This document shows positions 17,923 to 26,429 of a stretch of 34,340 bases of DNA, piece after piece; position 1 is the stretch's first letter; the number at the start of each line of letters is the position of its first letter. A program made the position numbers and the translations under genes. The notes below the pieces were generated by a model, which did not search any database, was not told where the DNA came from, and saw only the letters and a program-made list of their open reading frames with translations. Origin of the DNA: Bacillota bacterium. GTDB taxonomy: Bacteria; Bacillota; Dethiobacteria; Dethiobacterales; Dethiobacteraceae. The stretch is from the NCBI GenBank assembly GCA_018725345.1, contig QLUI01000001.1, positions 1 through 34,340 of the forward strand, read 5' to 3'.

Positions 17923-20001
17923 TTGGCTAATAATTTTGCCCGCCGCGGATGGCTAGGTATGATGCAAAATGCTGATATGTTGGTGGCCGCTGCGGTGGTG
18001 GCGGTGGTGATGATTATTATCATCCCCATTCCTCCCTTACTTTTAGATCTGCTCATCACGTTATCTATTGCTTTGTCGCTGATTATTATGCTTTTAACAT
18101 TATTTACGACTCAAACTTTGCAGTTTTCCGTCTTCCCCTCCTTGTTGCTTGTGGTAACCCTTTTCCGTCTTTCCTTGAATGTCTCCTCCACCAGGCTAAT
18201 TCTTAGCCGCGGTGAGGCGGGCGACATAATTGCCGCCTTTGGTGGTTTAGTGGCCGGTAATAGTTATGTGGTTGGCCTAATCATTTTCATTATTATTACT
18301 GTGATTCAATTTGTAGTTATTACCAGTGGCGCAGGACGGGTGGCTGAAGTATCCGCCCGCTTTACGCTCGATGCTATGCCCGGCAAACAAATGAGTATTG
18401 ACGCTGACTTTAATGCCGGATTAATTGACGAACACGCAGCCAGAAGCAGACGACAGACATTACAAGCGGAGGCTGATTTTTACGGGGCAATGGACGGTGC
18501 CAGCAAATTTGTGCGAGGTGATGCCATTGCCGGGATTGTGATTGTGCTCGTAAATATCCTGGGCGGGTTTGCCATCGGTATGATCCAACTGGGCTTATCC
18601 TTTGAGGAATCGTTGCAAAAGTATATTTTACTTACAGTAGGAGACGGATTGGTGACGCAAATCCCGGCGCTGCTGGTTGCTACCGCCGCGGGCTTGCTGG
18701 TGACGCGCAACACTTCGGAAGGAAGTTTTGGCCGAGACTTGTCAAGGCAACTGCTTAGTTTTCCCCGTGTGATGATGCTTAGTAGCGGAATCCTGCTGGT
18801 GCTGGCCTTGGTTCCTCAGATTCCTTTTTTTCCGTTTTTCTTTCTCTCAGCTGCCACCGCTTTTGCGGCATATACCTTGCTGGATGAACAAAAGCAGGAT
18901 GAAAAGCGGGCTGTTTCCCAGGCGGCGGCAAAGAAAGAGGCAATGCCGGACCCGCCTGAAAACGTCATGAATCTGCTGGCGGTGGAGCCTATGGAAATTG
19001 AAATCGGCTATAGTCTGATTTCGCTCACAGACCAGCACCAAGGTGGAGACCTTTTAGAACGAATCACCGCCAGCCGCAGACAGTGTGCTCTGGAGCTGGG
19101 GATTGTGGTGCAGCCCATTCGCATTCGCGATAACTTGCAGCTGCCTCCGGGAACCTATGTTTTCAAATTGAAAGGCAATGAGATCGCCCGCGGTGAGTTG
19201 CGTCCCGGTTATTACCTCGCAATGAATCCATTGGATTTTGATAGTCATAATCAAATTGATGGTTATCCCACCAGGGAACCAACTTTTGGACTGCCGGCGA
19301 CTTGGATTCCGGCCGAGAAGAGAGAAGCGGCAGAGATGTCCGGCTATACGGTGGTAGATGTAATCACTGTGATGATTACTCATCTTGCCGAAACGATTAA
19401 AACCTATGCTCATGAGCTACTAGGGCGTCAGGAAGTAAAGTCGCTGATTGATCTTGTAAAGGGAAAGCAGCCTGCTGTGATAGAAGAATTGCTGCCTGAA
19501 TTGCTGACGGTGGGAGAAGTTCAGAAAGTGCTGCAAAACTTATTGAAAGAAGGCGTGTCAATCCGGGATTTGGTAACAATTTTTGAGACGATGGCTGACT
19601 ACGCTCGGACAAGCCGCGAGATTGATTTTTTGACAGATTATGTGCGTCAGGCGTTGGGGCGGACAATCTGCGGCCAATATGCACTCGAGGGCAAACTACA
19701 AGTTATTTCTCTTGATCCACGGCTTGAGCAAAAGTTGGCAGACTCTTTGCAATCGACGTCAGCCGGTACCTACCCGGTGATGGATCCGCAGACTATACAG
19801 AAAATCATGGCTGAACTTTCGGTGCGGGCAGAGCAAATGATCTCCCAAGGACGTAATCCGGTGGTGCTTACATCGGCGCGAATCCGGTTACCTTTTAAGC
19901 GACTAACAGAAAGGTTTTTGCCAAGTCTGGTCGTACTTTCTTTCAATGAAATTATTCCCGGAGTGGAAGTAGAATCGGTAGGGATGGTGAGTCAAGGGTG
20001 A
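17923..20001 (+). CDS. flhA: Flagellar export gate protein FlhA
   Basis: 692 aa with VITSGAGRVAEVSARFTLDAMPGKQMSIDAD...FYGAMDGASKFVRGDAIAG. TTG start. Confidence 0.93.
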   Translation: MANNFARRGWLGMMQNADMLVAAAVVAVVMIIIIPIPPLLLDLLITLSIALSLIIMLLTLFTTQTLQFSVFPSLLLVVTLFRLSLNVSSTRLILSRGEAGDIIAAFGGLVAGNSYVVGLIIFIIITVIQFVVITSGAGRVAEVSARFTLDAMPGKQMSIDADFNAGLIDEHAARSRRQTLQAEADFYGAMDGASKFVRGDAIAGIVIVLVNILGGFAIGMIQLGLSFEESLQKYILLTVGDGLVTQIPALLVATAAGLLVTRNTSEGSFGRDLSRQLLSFPRVMMLSSGILLVLALVPQIPFFPFFFLSAATAFAAYTLLDEQKQDEKRAVSQAAAKKEAMPDPPENVMNLLAVEPMEIEIGYSLISLTDQHQGGDLLERITASRRQCALELGIVVQPIRIRDNLQLPPGTYVFKLKGNEIARGELRPGYYLAMNPLDFDSHNQIDGYPTREPTFGLPATWIPAEKREAAEMSGYTVVDVITVMITHLAETIKTYAHELLGRQEVKSLIDLVKGKQPAVIEELLPELLTVGEVQKVLQNLLKEGVSIRDLVTIFETMADYARTSREIDFLTDYVRQALGRTICGQYALEGKLQVISLDPRLEQKLADSLQSTSAGTYPVMDPQTIQKIMAELSVRAEQMISQGRNPVVLTSARIRLPFKRLTERFLPSLVVLSFNEIIPGVEVESVGMVSQG

Positions 20002-21083
20002 AGATAAAAAAATATTGTGTGGAAAATGTGCAGGAAGGCATGCTGCAAATCAAAAAGGAACTCGGGCCTGAAGCCGTAATTATCGATAGCCGTAAAGTGC
20101 GTGAAAAAGGATTGCGCGGTTTTTTCGCACCTGTGAAGGTTGAAATTACTGCCGCTGTGGACTCTCCCCCCTCACCCTGGCAGGCCACTGCGACCCGAGA
20201 AAGAGATTTTCAGGAACAAAAATTGCAAGGAGAGCTTAGCGAATTAAAACAGTTGGTTAACCAGTTGGTGAATCGTCAGCAGAAACAAAACATTGAGGAG
20301 AAAGGGCCGTTTTACCGTTGGATGCAGCGTCTCATCGAAAATGATGTGGCTCCGGCACTAGCACAGCAAATTTTAACGGAAATTCACGAAGACTTTGCGG
20401 TGGAAAATGCCCTTTCTGACGAAGTGATTGAACTAATTCTGCTGAAAAAAGTACGAGAAAGGCTTCGTGTCGCCGACTTGCCGGATACTGCCCGTATCTT
20501 AGCTTTCGTCGGACCTACAGGCGTAGGAAAAACTACTACGCTTGCAAAGCTTGCGGCGCGGTTTGCGCTGTATCACAATAAGCAGGTAGGAATGATCACT
20601 ATTGATACTTACCGCATCGGGGCGGTTGAACAGCTCCGTACTTACGCGGATATTACTGGCATGCCTATAGAAGTTGTTATGACACCAAAAGATATGCCAC
20701 GTGCGCTGGAGCGCCTGGCAGACCGTGAACTGATTTTGGTGGATACGGCGGGGCGCAACTCAAAAAACTCCATGCAGGTGTCTGAACTTGCTTCATTTAT
20801 GGCGGGACTCCCCACACCGGAAATATTCCTGGTCCTGAGTGCTACTACTAAAACAAAAGATTTATACCGGATTATGGCAAATTTTGCCAAAGTTAATTTT
20901 AACAAACTAATTTTTACAAAGCTGGATGAAACAGATACTTTTGGGGTGCTGTTAAATGCGTCTTCATCGACTAGCTTGCCGATGACATACGTTACTACCG
21001 GCCAGAATGTGCCTGATGATTTGGAAGGAGCCAACGCCGAAAGGCTGGCAAAACTGATCTTAGGGGTTGAGCAGCATGTCTGA
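19998..21083 (+). CDS. flhF: Flagellar SRP-type GTPase FlhF
   Basis: Contains FVGPTGVGKTTTLAKLAA, DTYRIGAVEQL, VDTAGR and TKLDET motifs. Confidence 0.9.
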   Translation: MKIKKYCVENVQEGMLQIKKELGPEAVIIDSRKVREKGLRGFFAPVKVEITAAVDSPPSPWQATATRERDFQEQKLQGELSELKQLVNQLVNRQQKQNIEEKGPFYRWMQRLIENDVAPALAQQILTEIHEDFAVENALSDEVIELILLKKVRERLRVADLPDTARILAFVGPTGVGKTTTLAKLAARFALYHNKQVGMITIDTYRIGAVEQLRTYADITGMPIEVVMTPKDMPRALERLADRELILVDTAGRNSKNSMQVSELASFMAGLPTPEIFLVLSATTKTKDLYRIMANFAKVNFNKLIFTKLDETDTFGVLLNASSSTSLPMTYVTTGQNVPDDLEGANAERLAKLILGVEQHV

Positions 21084-21954
21084 CCAAGCAGAGCGTTTTC
21101 GTCAACTTGCGTTGGCGTCGGACTCAAGGCGGACGATTATTAAACAGAAAAAAATTCCCAGGGTGATTACTGTCACCAGCGGTAAAGGGGGAGTTGGCAA
21201 AACAAACTTGGTGGTTAACTTAGCTATTGCCCTTTCTCGGCTGGGCAAGCGGGTGGCGATTATGGATGCTGACTTAGGTCTGGCAAATGTTGATATTCTT
21301 TTGGGGCTTTTACCGCTGCATAACTTATATGATGTGGTGCAGGGGACTAAATCATTGGAAGATATTGTTATCAGCGGACCGGATGGGCTAAAAATTATCC
21401 CGGGCGGCTCCGGTCTGACGGAAATGGCAAATTTGTCGTCGCCGCAACGAGAGCGACTGATGGATAGCCTGATTGCTTTGGAGAATATGGCGGATATTCT
21501 TTTGATTGACACCGGTGCCGGCCTTTCTCGTGCCGTTTTATCTTTCGTTTCCGCTGCAGATGAACTGATAGTCATCACTACTCCTGAACCTACAGCCATT
21601 ACTGATGCTTACGGATTGATTAAAGTTGTGGCAAAGCATAAACTGCACCAACAGGTGAAGCTGGTAGTGAACCAGGTGAGCAGCAAGGGCGAGGCTGTCA
21701 ATATCGCTGAGCGCTTTGCGGAAGTAAGCCAAAAATTTCTGCAGCAAGATGTCCGTTTCTTAGGGGAAATCTGTAGTGACCAGCAAGTGGTTTACGCGGT
21801 GAAGCAGCAACAACCCTTTCTCACCCTTTTCCCTCGCACCAGGGCAACCCAGGACGTGCAAAATATTGCCGGCAAGTTATTAGAAATTGCTCCGGAAAAA
21901 CCACGTGGGATTAGCGGTTTTTTGAGCCGGCTTGCAAAACTGCTGGAAAACTGA
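21067..21954 (+). CDS. flhG: MinD/ParA-type ATPase FlhG (YlxH/FleN)
   Basis: N-terminal DQAERFR activator helix and the deviant Walker A TSGKGGVGKTN. Position after flhF. Confidence 0.88.
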   Translation: MSSMSDQAERFRQLALASDSRRTIIKQKKIPRVITVTSGKGGVGKTNLVVNLAIALSRLGKRVAIMDADLGLANVDILLGLLPLHNLYDVVQGTKSLEDIVISGPDGLKIIPGGSGLTEMANLSSPQRERLMDSLIALENMADILLIDTGAGLSRAVLSFVSAADELIVITTPEPTAITDAYGLIKVVAKHKLHQQVKLVVNQVSSKGEAVNIAERFAEVSQKFLQQDVRFLGEICSDQQVVYAVKQQQPFLTLFPRTRATQDVQNIAGKLLEIAPEKPRGISGFLSRLAKLLEN

Positions 21955-21968
21955 AGCTCGAAGGGGGG

Positions 21969-22634
21969 ATGGCGATGACAAAAAAGAAGTGGTTATCCGT
22001 CCAGCAAAAAATTGAGATCATGCAACTGCCGGATGGTGAGCGATTTAAGAGTTTAATTCAGGAGCTTGATGGAGAAACAGTTGCTGTTACAGTCCCTTAC
22101 AGGCAAGGGAAATACCTTCTTCTTTACAGCGGTGAAATGGTTAGAGTGGAATTTGTCGTAAGCGACGCAATCTACGGTTTTCAAGCTAAAGTCCTTGGTC
22201 GCAGAAAGTCAAATAATGTGCCACTAGTCTTGCTTTCACGCCCTGCTTTCTTTACCCGCAAGCAGCGCCGCAGCTTTGTACGCTTTCCCATCACCCTTCC
22301 AGTGCGCTTTTATCTTCACCCTCAGTCAGTCGGTCCGTTGACACCGGAAAGTTGTGAGGAAAAGACAGGAAAGACGATTGATATTTCCGGCGGCGGGCTG
22401 CAGATTTACACTAGCACCGCTGTGCAAGTTGGGGCGCAGGTTTTGCTGCGCCTCAAGCTAAATGACGGTCATCCCCAGGAATTGAGTTTAAGCGGCAATG
22501 TAAACTGGGTTACGGAAGATGAGTGGAATCGTTCCGTTCGTTTTGGCGTCTGTTTCCAGGGAATAAGTGAAGCAGCGCAGGAAAGAATTATCTCCTATGT
22601 TTTTAGTATGATGCGCCAAAGAACCCTAATTTGA
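21969..22634 (+). CDS. PilZ-domain c-di-GMP receptor (YcgR/MotI-like flagellar brake candidate)
   Basis: RxxxR motif in QRRSFVRFP and D/NxSxxG motif in DISGGGLQI. The N-terminal half is YcgR-N-like. Position between flhG and fliA. Confidence 0.75.
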   Translation: MAMTKKKWLSVQQKIEIMQLPDGERFKSLIQELDGETVAVTVPYRQGKYLLLYSGEMVRVEFVVSDAIYGFQAKVLGRRKSNNVPLVLLSRPAFFTRKQRRSFVRFPITLPVRFYLHPQSVGPLTPESCEEKTGKTIDISGGGLQIYTSTAVQVGAQVLLRLKLNDGHPQELSLSGNVNWVTEDEWNRSVRFGVCFQGISEAAQERIISYVFSMMRQRTLI

Positions 22635-23371
22635 TGGGGGCGAAACGGATGAGTGGAACTAACCTCTGGTTAAAATACCAGGAGACAAAAGCAGAAGGAG
22701 TGCACAGCGAACTGGTGAGTCAATACCTGCCGCTTGTACGTTTGCACGCAGGGCGTCTGGCGTTGGGCTTGCCGGCCCATGTTAATCGGGACGACCTGGT
22801 GCAAGCCGGCGTGCTGGGACTACTAGAGGCTATGCAGCGTTTTGACCCAAACCGAGGTGTTCGCTTTGAGTCTTTTGCCACACTGAGGATCCGCGGCGCT
22901 ATGCTGGATGAGCTACGGCGTTTGTGTTGGCTACCCCGCTCTCTGCTGCGCCAGATGCGGGAAGTGGATCGTGCTTCCCAGGCTCTGGCTGCTAAACTAG
23001 GTCGAGAGCCGGAGCTTGAGGAAGTGGCAGATTGCCTGCAGATAGCGGTGGAGCAGCTGCGGAAAACAGTAACGATGATAAACTGCGGCACAGTGTTGTC
23101 TATCGAGGACACCTTGTTTGCCGCGCCGGAGACAGAGGGCCAAGAAATAGCGACACTGGATCATTTGATTGTCGCCGAGGAAAAAGAACGCTTGGCTGCG
23201 GCCATAAAGGAATTACCGGAACGTCAGCAACAACTACTAGCCCTTTATTATCAGGAGGAGCTGACGCTGAAGGAAGTAGGGTTGGTGCTAGGAGTATCGG
23301 AATCCCGGGTTTGTCAGTTGCATGCGCGCATTGTAGCGCGCCTGCGCTCCGCCCTGACAGAAGAGTCATAG
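22631..23371 (+). CDS. fliA: Flagellar sigma-28 factor FliA/SigD
   Basis: Region 2: DDLVQAGVLGLLEAMQRFDPNRGVRFESFATLRIRGAMLDELR. Region 4: LTLKEVGLVLGVSESRVCQLHARIV. The more likely start is ATG 22649 (MSGTNLW). Confidence 0.9.
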   Translation: MMGAKRMSGTNLWLKYQETKAEGVHSELVSQYLPLVRLHAGRLALGLPAHVNRDDLVQAGVLGLLEAMQRFDPNRGVRFESFATLRIRGAMLDELRRLCWLPRSLLRQMREVDRASQALAAKLGREPELEEVADCLQIAVEQLRKTVTMINCGTVLSIEDTLFAAPETEGQEIATLDHLIVAEEKERLAAAIKELPERQQQLLALYYQEELTLKEVGLVLGVSESRVCQLHARIVARLRSALTEES

Positions 23372-23622
23372 ACCCCACGGCTAAAGCCGGGGGCTTAGCA
23401 TTTGCCCCACTATGACCAGCCTAAGTCCCACGAGGACTACGTTTACTTAGCCATGACACCCTGGGGTGCTTCTCCAGCTCCAGGCACTGTCGTCCGGACT
23501 AAACAGCGAGTAGGGGTTGTACGAGCAGTGCCCCGGACGCGACAAGCTAAGCTAACATTGGCGAGGAGAGACTAAAAATAGCGTTACCGGCCCCTTAAGG
23601 GGCTCCGAAAGGAGAGAAAAAG
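23372..23622 (+). ncRNA. Candidate IscB omega-RNA (HEARO-type) scaffold; exact 5' end and guide unknown
   Basis: 251 nt with no plausible ORF directly upstream of iscB, which is where IscB omega-RNAs are encoded. It holds many complementary segments: 23404-23409/23462-23467; 23421-23426/23445-23450; the interleaved pairs 23483-23489/23526-23532 and 23491-23497/23533-23539; and the palindrome gccccttaaggggc at 23590-23603. Confidence 0.6.
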
Positions 23623-24927
23623 ATGGCTGTATTCGTACTGGACAAGCACAAGAAACCACTAATGCCCTGCACTGAAAAACGGGCTAGGCTGTTACTCGAA
23701 CGCAGACGTGCGGTGGTGCACAAGATGTCGCCTTTTACTATCCGGCTCAAAGACCGGACGGTAGAACAAAGCCAACTTCAACCGTTACGTCTGAAGTTAG
23801 ATCCAGGTAGCAAAACTACCGGTATCAGCATCTTACAAGAAGCAGTGTCCGAGAAAGCAGATGTCGTCTTTTTGGCGGAGCTGCGCCACAAGCCGGGCAT
23901 CAAAGAGAAGCTGGCCGACAGAAAGACACAGCGGCGGAATCGTCGCAACCGCAAAACACGCTACCGCGAGAAACGGTTTGATAATCGTACCAGGCCAAGC
24001 GGCTGGCTGCCGCCGTCGCTTCAAGCCCGGGTTAATCAGGTCGAGAATACCGTAAACAAATTGCAAAAGCTGTTGCCCATAACCGCAATCAGCACCGAAC
24101 ATGCCAAATTCGACACACAACTTATGCAAAACCCTGCCATTGCCGGTATCGAGTACCAGCAAGGCGAACTTTTAGGTTACGAGGTTCGGGAATATCTATT
24201 AGAAAAATGGAAACACAAATGCGCCTACTGCCGTACCGCCGACACACCGCTGGAAATAGAGCACATTACCCCCAAATCAAGGGGCGGCAGTGACAGAATC
24301 AGCAACCTAACATTAGCCTGTCGCCCGTGCAACCAAGCCAAGGGCAACAGGACGGCAGAAGAGTTTGGCCACCCTGAAATCCAAAAGCAGGCCAAATTAC
24401 CGTTAAAAGACGCGGCCATGATGAACGCCACGCGGTGGGCATTGTTTAACAGGCTAAAAGAAACTGGCCTCCCGGTCGAGTGCGGTACTGGCGCCAGAAC
24501 CAAGAAACAGCGTATAGAACATAAACTCCCGAAAACCCATTACTACGATGCGTGTTGCGTGGGTGCCGGCACCCCGGCAAATCTTGCGATCAGGCAAAAG
24601 TATGTTTCCATTTGGAAAGCGATCGGCAGAGGCACCAGGAGGATGTGCAACACAGACAAATATGGTTTTCCGAAAGGTCACAGACAGCGCAAGAAGAATC
24701 ACTTTGGTTTTCAGACAGGCGACATCACAGCAGCGGCTATTCCTCGCGGTAAATATCAGGGCATTCACACTGGCCGAGTAGCGGTTAGAACGAGTGGATG
24801 CTTTGATCTAAAAGACATTGCCGGCATCCGTATTTGTCAAGGTATCGGCCACAAACATTTTCGGCTGCTGCAAAGAGCCGGCGGATGGCATTATGGCAAA
24901 GCGAAAATAGCATATAAAGGAGAATGA
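23623..24927 (+). CDS. iscB: IscB RNA-guided nuclease (PLMP, RuvC-I, Arg-rich bridge helix, RuvC-II, HNH, RuvC-III, C-terminal domain)
   Basis: 434 aa. KPLMPC at aa 11-16. LKLDPGSKTTG (D60). RKTQRRNRRNRKTRYREKRFDNR. ISTEHAKFD (E159). HNH insert: CAYC...EIEHITPKSRGGSDRISNLTLACRPCNQAKGN. KTHYYDA (H306, D309). SD AAAGGAGAG at 23608-23616. Confidence 0.85.
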   Translation: MAVFVLDKHKKPLMPCTEKRARLLLERRRAVVHKMSPFTIRLKDRTVEQSQLQPLRLKLDPGSKTTGISILQEAVSEKADVVFLAELRHKPGIKEKLADRKTQRRNRRNRKTRYREKRFDNRTRPSGWLPPSLQARVNQVENTVNKLQKLLPITAISTEHAKFDTQLMQNPAIAGIEYQQGELLGYEVREYLLEKWKHKCAYCRTADTPLEIEHITPKSRGGSDRISNLTLACRPCNQAKGNRTAEEFGHPEIQKQAKLPLKDAAMMNATRWALFNRLKETGLPVECGTGARTKKQRIEHKLPKTHYYDACCVGAGTPANLAIRQKYVSIWKAIGRGTRRMCNTDKYGFPKGHRQRKKNHFGFQTGDITAAAIPRGKYQGIHTGRVAVRTSGCFDLKDIAGIRICQGIGHKHFRLLQRAGGWHYGKAKIAYKGE

Positions 24928-24990
24928 CGAAGGCGCGCTTCCTCCCCATAGATGAATCCAGGGGCTTTTTGCGCTACGTCTGGTGAAGAG

Positions 24991-25446
24991 ATGGTATACT
25001 TGCTTTTGTTAATCGGCTTAGCGCTGGCTTTGCTGGCTTCCGCTAAACTGGTTCAAAAAAATAGAGAGCCGTTTGACGACGCTCTGCGTGCTGAGGTAAG
25101 CAAACCACTAAATCGCGAATTGGTGATTCTGTTTGAGTTGCAGGAATCGGTGGAAGCTGCTCTGGCCGAGCTGGACGAAAAAAATCAGGTTTTTCAGCAT
25201 TTGGTGTCTCGGTTGGAAAAGCAGCGTGCGGCAGTAGAGCACAGGTTGCAGCAATTAGAGAGGCTCATCAGCCGAGCGGAAGCTGTGTTGAAAAACCCGG
25301 TAGCTCGGGAGGCACCGGAAGGAGATCGCTATCGCCGTGAACAAATCTATCGGTTGGCAGACCAAGGCAAAGATGTGGCGGATATGGCGGTGGAGCTTGA
25401 ATTAGGACGGGGTGAGGTGGAATTAATACTCGGCTTGCGAAAATAG
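24991..25446 (+). CDS. Membrane-anchored coiled-coil protein with a C-terminal HTH-like segment (positional analog of B. subtilis swrB; DUF2802/DUF6115-like)
   Basis: MVYLLLLIGLALALLASA TM segment, then a coiled coil, then IYRLADQGKDVADMAVELELGRGEVELILGL. I start it at ATG 24991, where the homology to the cheA-upstream repeat ends. The ORF-track start at 24952 lies inside the IscB element end. Confidence 0.6.
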   Translation: MVYLLLLIGLALALLASAKLVQKNREPFDDALRAEVSKPLNRELVILFELQESVEAALAELDEKNQVFQHLVSRLEKQRAAVEHRLQQLERLISRAEAVLKNPVAREAPEGDRYRREQIYRLADQGKDVADMAVELELGRGEVELILGLRK

Positions 25447-25469
25447 GAGAATTTAATTGGCATTTCTTA

Positions 25470-25634
25470 TTGGGTTTCGGGTTGGGTCTCTTGCTGGCTG
25501 CTTTGCTTATCTTGCTGCAGGGTACAAGGCCTATTCCTGCGGCTGAGGTGGAAAGGATGGCGCGGGAACAGGGTATGGTCTATCCACAAGAAGTTGTTCC
25601 TTTTACAGAGGGGGAACCGGTCACGGAGCAGTAA
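25470..25634 (+). CDS. Possible small single-TM protein (start codon unclear)
   Basis: The open frame reads ...FLLGFGLGLLLAALLILLQGTRPIPAAEVERMAREQGMVYPQEVVPFTEGEPVTEQ*. It has protein-like composition, but only a TTG at 25470 without a clear SD, and it falls below the ORF-track size cutoff. Confidence 0.25.
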   Translation: MGFGLGLLLAALLILLQGTRPIPAAEVERMAREQGMVYPQEVVPFTEGEPVTEQ

Positions 25635-25656
25635 ATTTTGCGCAAAGAAAGGTGGG

Positions 25657-26415
25657 ATGACTTTGATTAGAGGACTTTACACAGCAGCAAGCGGGATGAT
25701 GGTTGAGTCTGCCCGTCAGGAAACAATCACCAATAATTTGGCAAACAGCGAGACTACAGGTTTCAAGCGAGATTTGGCTCTGCAGCGTGCCCAAGCAGAA
25801 TTGCCGGTGCTACGAGTGGGCGATAGCAATCACTTGCCATTGCAGCCGGTCATCGGAACTTTGGGTACAGGTTCGCTGGTGGCTGGCATACACACCGTTC
25901 ATGAACAAGGGGTGCTGCGGGAGACGGGCAGGAAACTGGATCTATCCTTGGCAGGTCAGGGTTTTTTCACGGTAGAAACGGCTCAAGGTTTACGGTTCAC
26001 ACGTAACGGCGCTTTCACACTCGATGCCGACGGTTTTTTGCGTACTGACGCAGGACACCGGGTTATGGGAACGGAAGGATATTTGCAAATTCCCGCAGGG
26101 GAGCTGACGGTGAATGAAAACGGCAGGCTTTTTGTGGACGGAGCGCCGGTTGGCCAGCTGCGGCTGACTTTGTTTGCGGAACAGGAAATGCTTAGCAAGC
26201 AGGGGGAATCTTTGTTTGATGCCGGCGGACAGGTTGCACTGCCGGCTGCCGCTCAGGTGAAACAGGGATTTCTTGAGTCAGCCAATATCCAGGTTATTCA
26301 GGAAATGGTGAGAATGATTGCTACACAGCGCGCTTATGAAACGAATCAACGCGCACTGCAAGCCCAAGATGAGTTATTAGGCAAAGCCGTTAATGAAATC
26401 GGTTCACTTCGCTAA
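25657..26415 (+). CDS. flgF: Flagellar basal-body rod protein, FlgF/FlhO-like
   Basis: N-terminus MTLIRGLYTAASGMMVESARQETITNNLANSETTGFKRD. C-terminus GFLESANIQVIQEMVRMIATQRAYETNQRAL. ATG 25657 follows an AAAGGTGGG SD. Confidence 0.85.
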   Translation: MTLIRGLYTAASGMMVESARQETITNNLANSETTGFKRDLALQRAQAELPVLRVGDSNHLPLQPVIGTLGTGSLVAGIHTVHEQGVLRETGRKLDLSLAGQGFFTVETAQGLRFTRNGAFTLDADGFLRTDAGHRVMGTEGYLQIPAGELTVNENGRLFVDGAPVGQLRLTLFAEQEMLSKQGESLFDAGGQVALPAAAQVKQGFLESANIQVIQEMVRMIATQRAYETNQRALQAQDELLGKAVNEIGSLR

Positions 26416-26429
26416 GGGGGGAATAGCTG

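Larger units (their letters stand above)
23372..24994 (+). mobile_element. IS200/IS605-superfamily non-autonomous IscB (OMEGA) element: omega-RNA leader, iscB and right-end sequence. The left boundary is not resolved.
   Basis: An accessory nuclease gene interrupts an otherwise purely flagellar operon. The right boundary is set by the end of homology with the second partial copy at 32081-32239. No tnpA is present in the window. Confidence 0.7.

Noticed and set aside
23032-23415. A 127-aa + strand ORF overlapping the fliA 3' end and the start of the leader
   Set aside because: It is out of frame with, and embedded in, the well-supported fliA gene. Its translation is Gly/Arg/Ala-rich with no motifs.
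24952-24990. N-terminal extensions MNPGAFCATSGEEM (24952) and MNSGALCATSGEEM (32197) proposed by the ORF track for two unrelated genes
   Set aside because: Both lie inside the duplicated IscB element end. Neither ATG has an SD. The substitutions between the copies are not biased toward synonymous changes. The downstream ATGs (24991 and 32236) give canonical N-termini.
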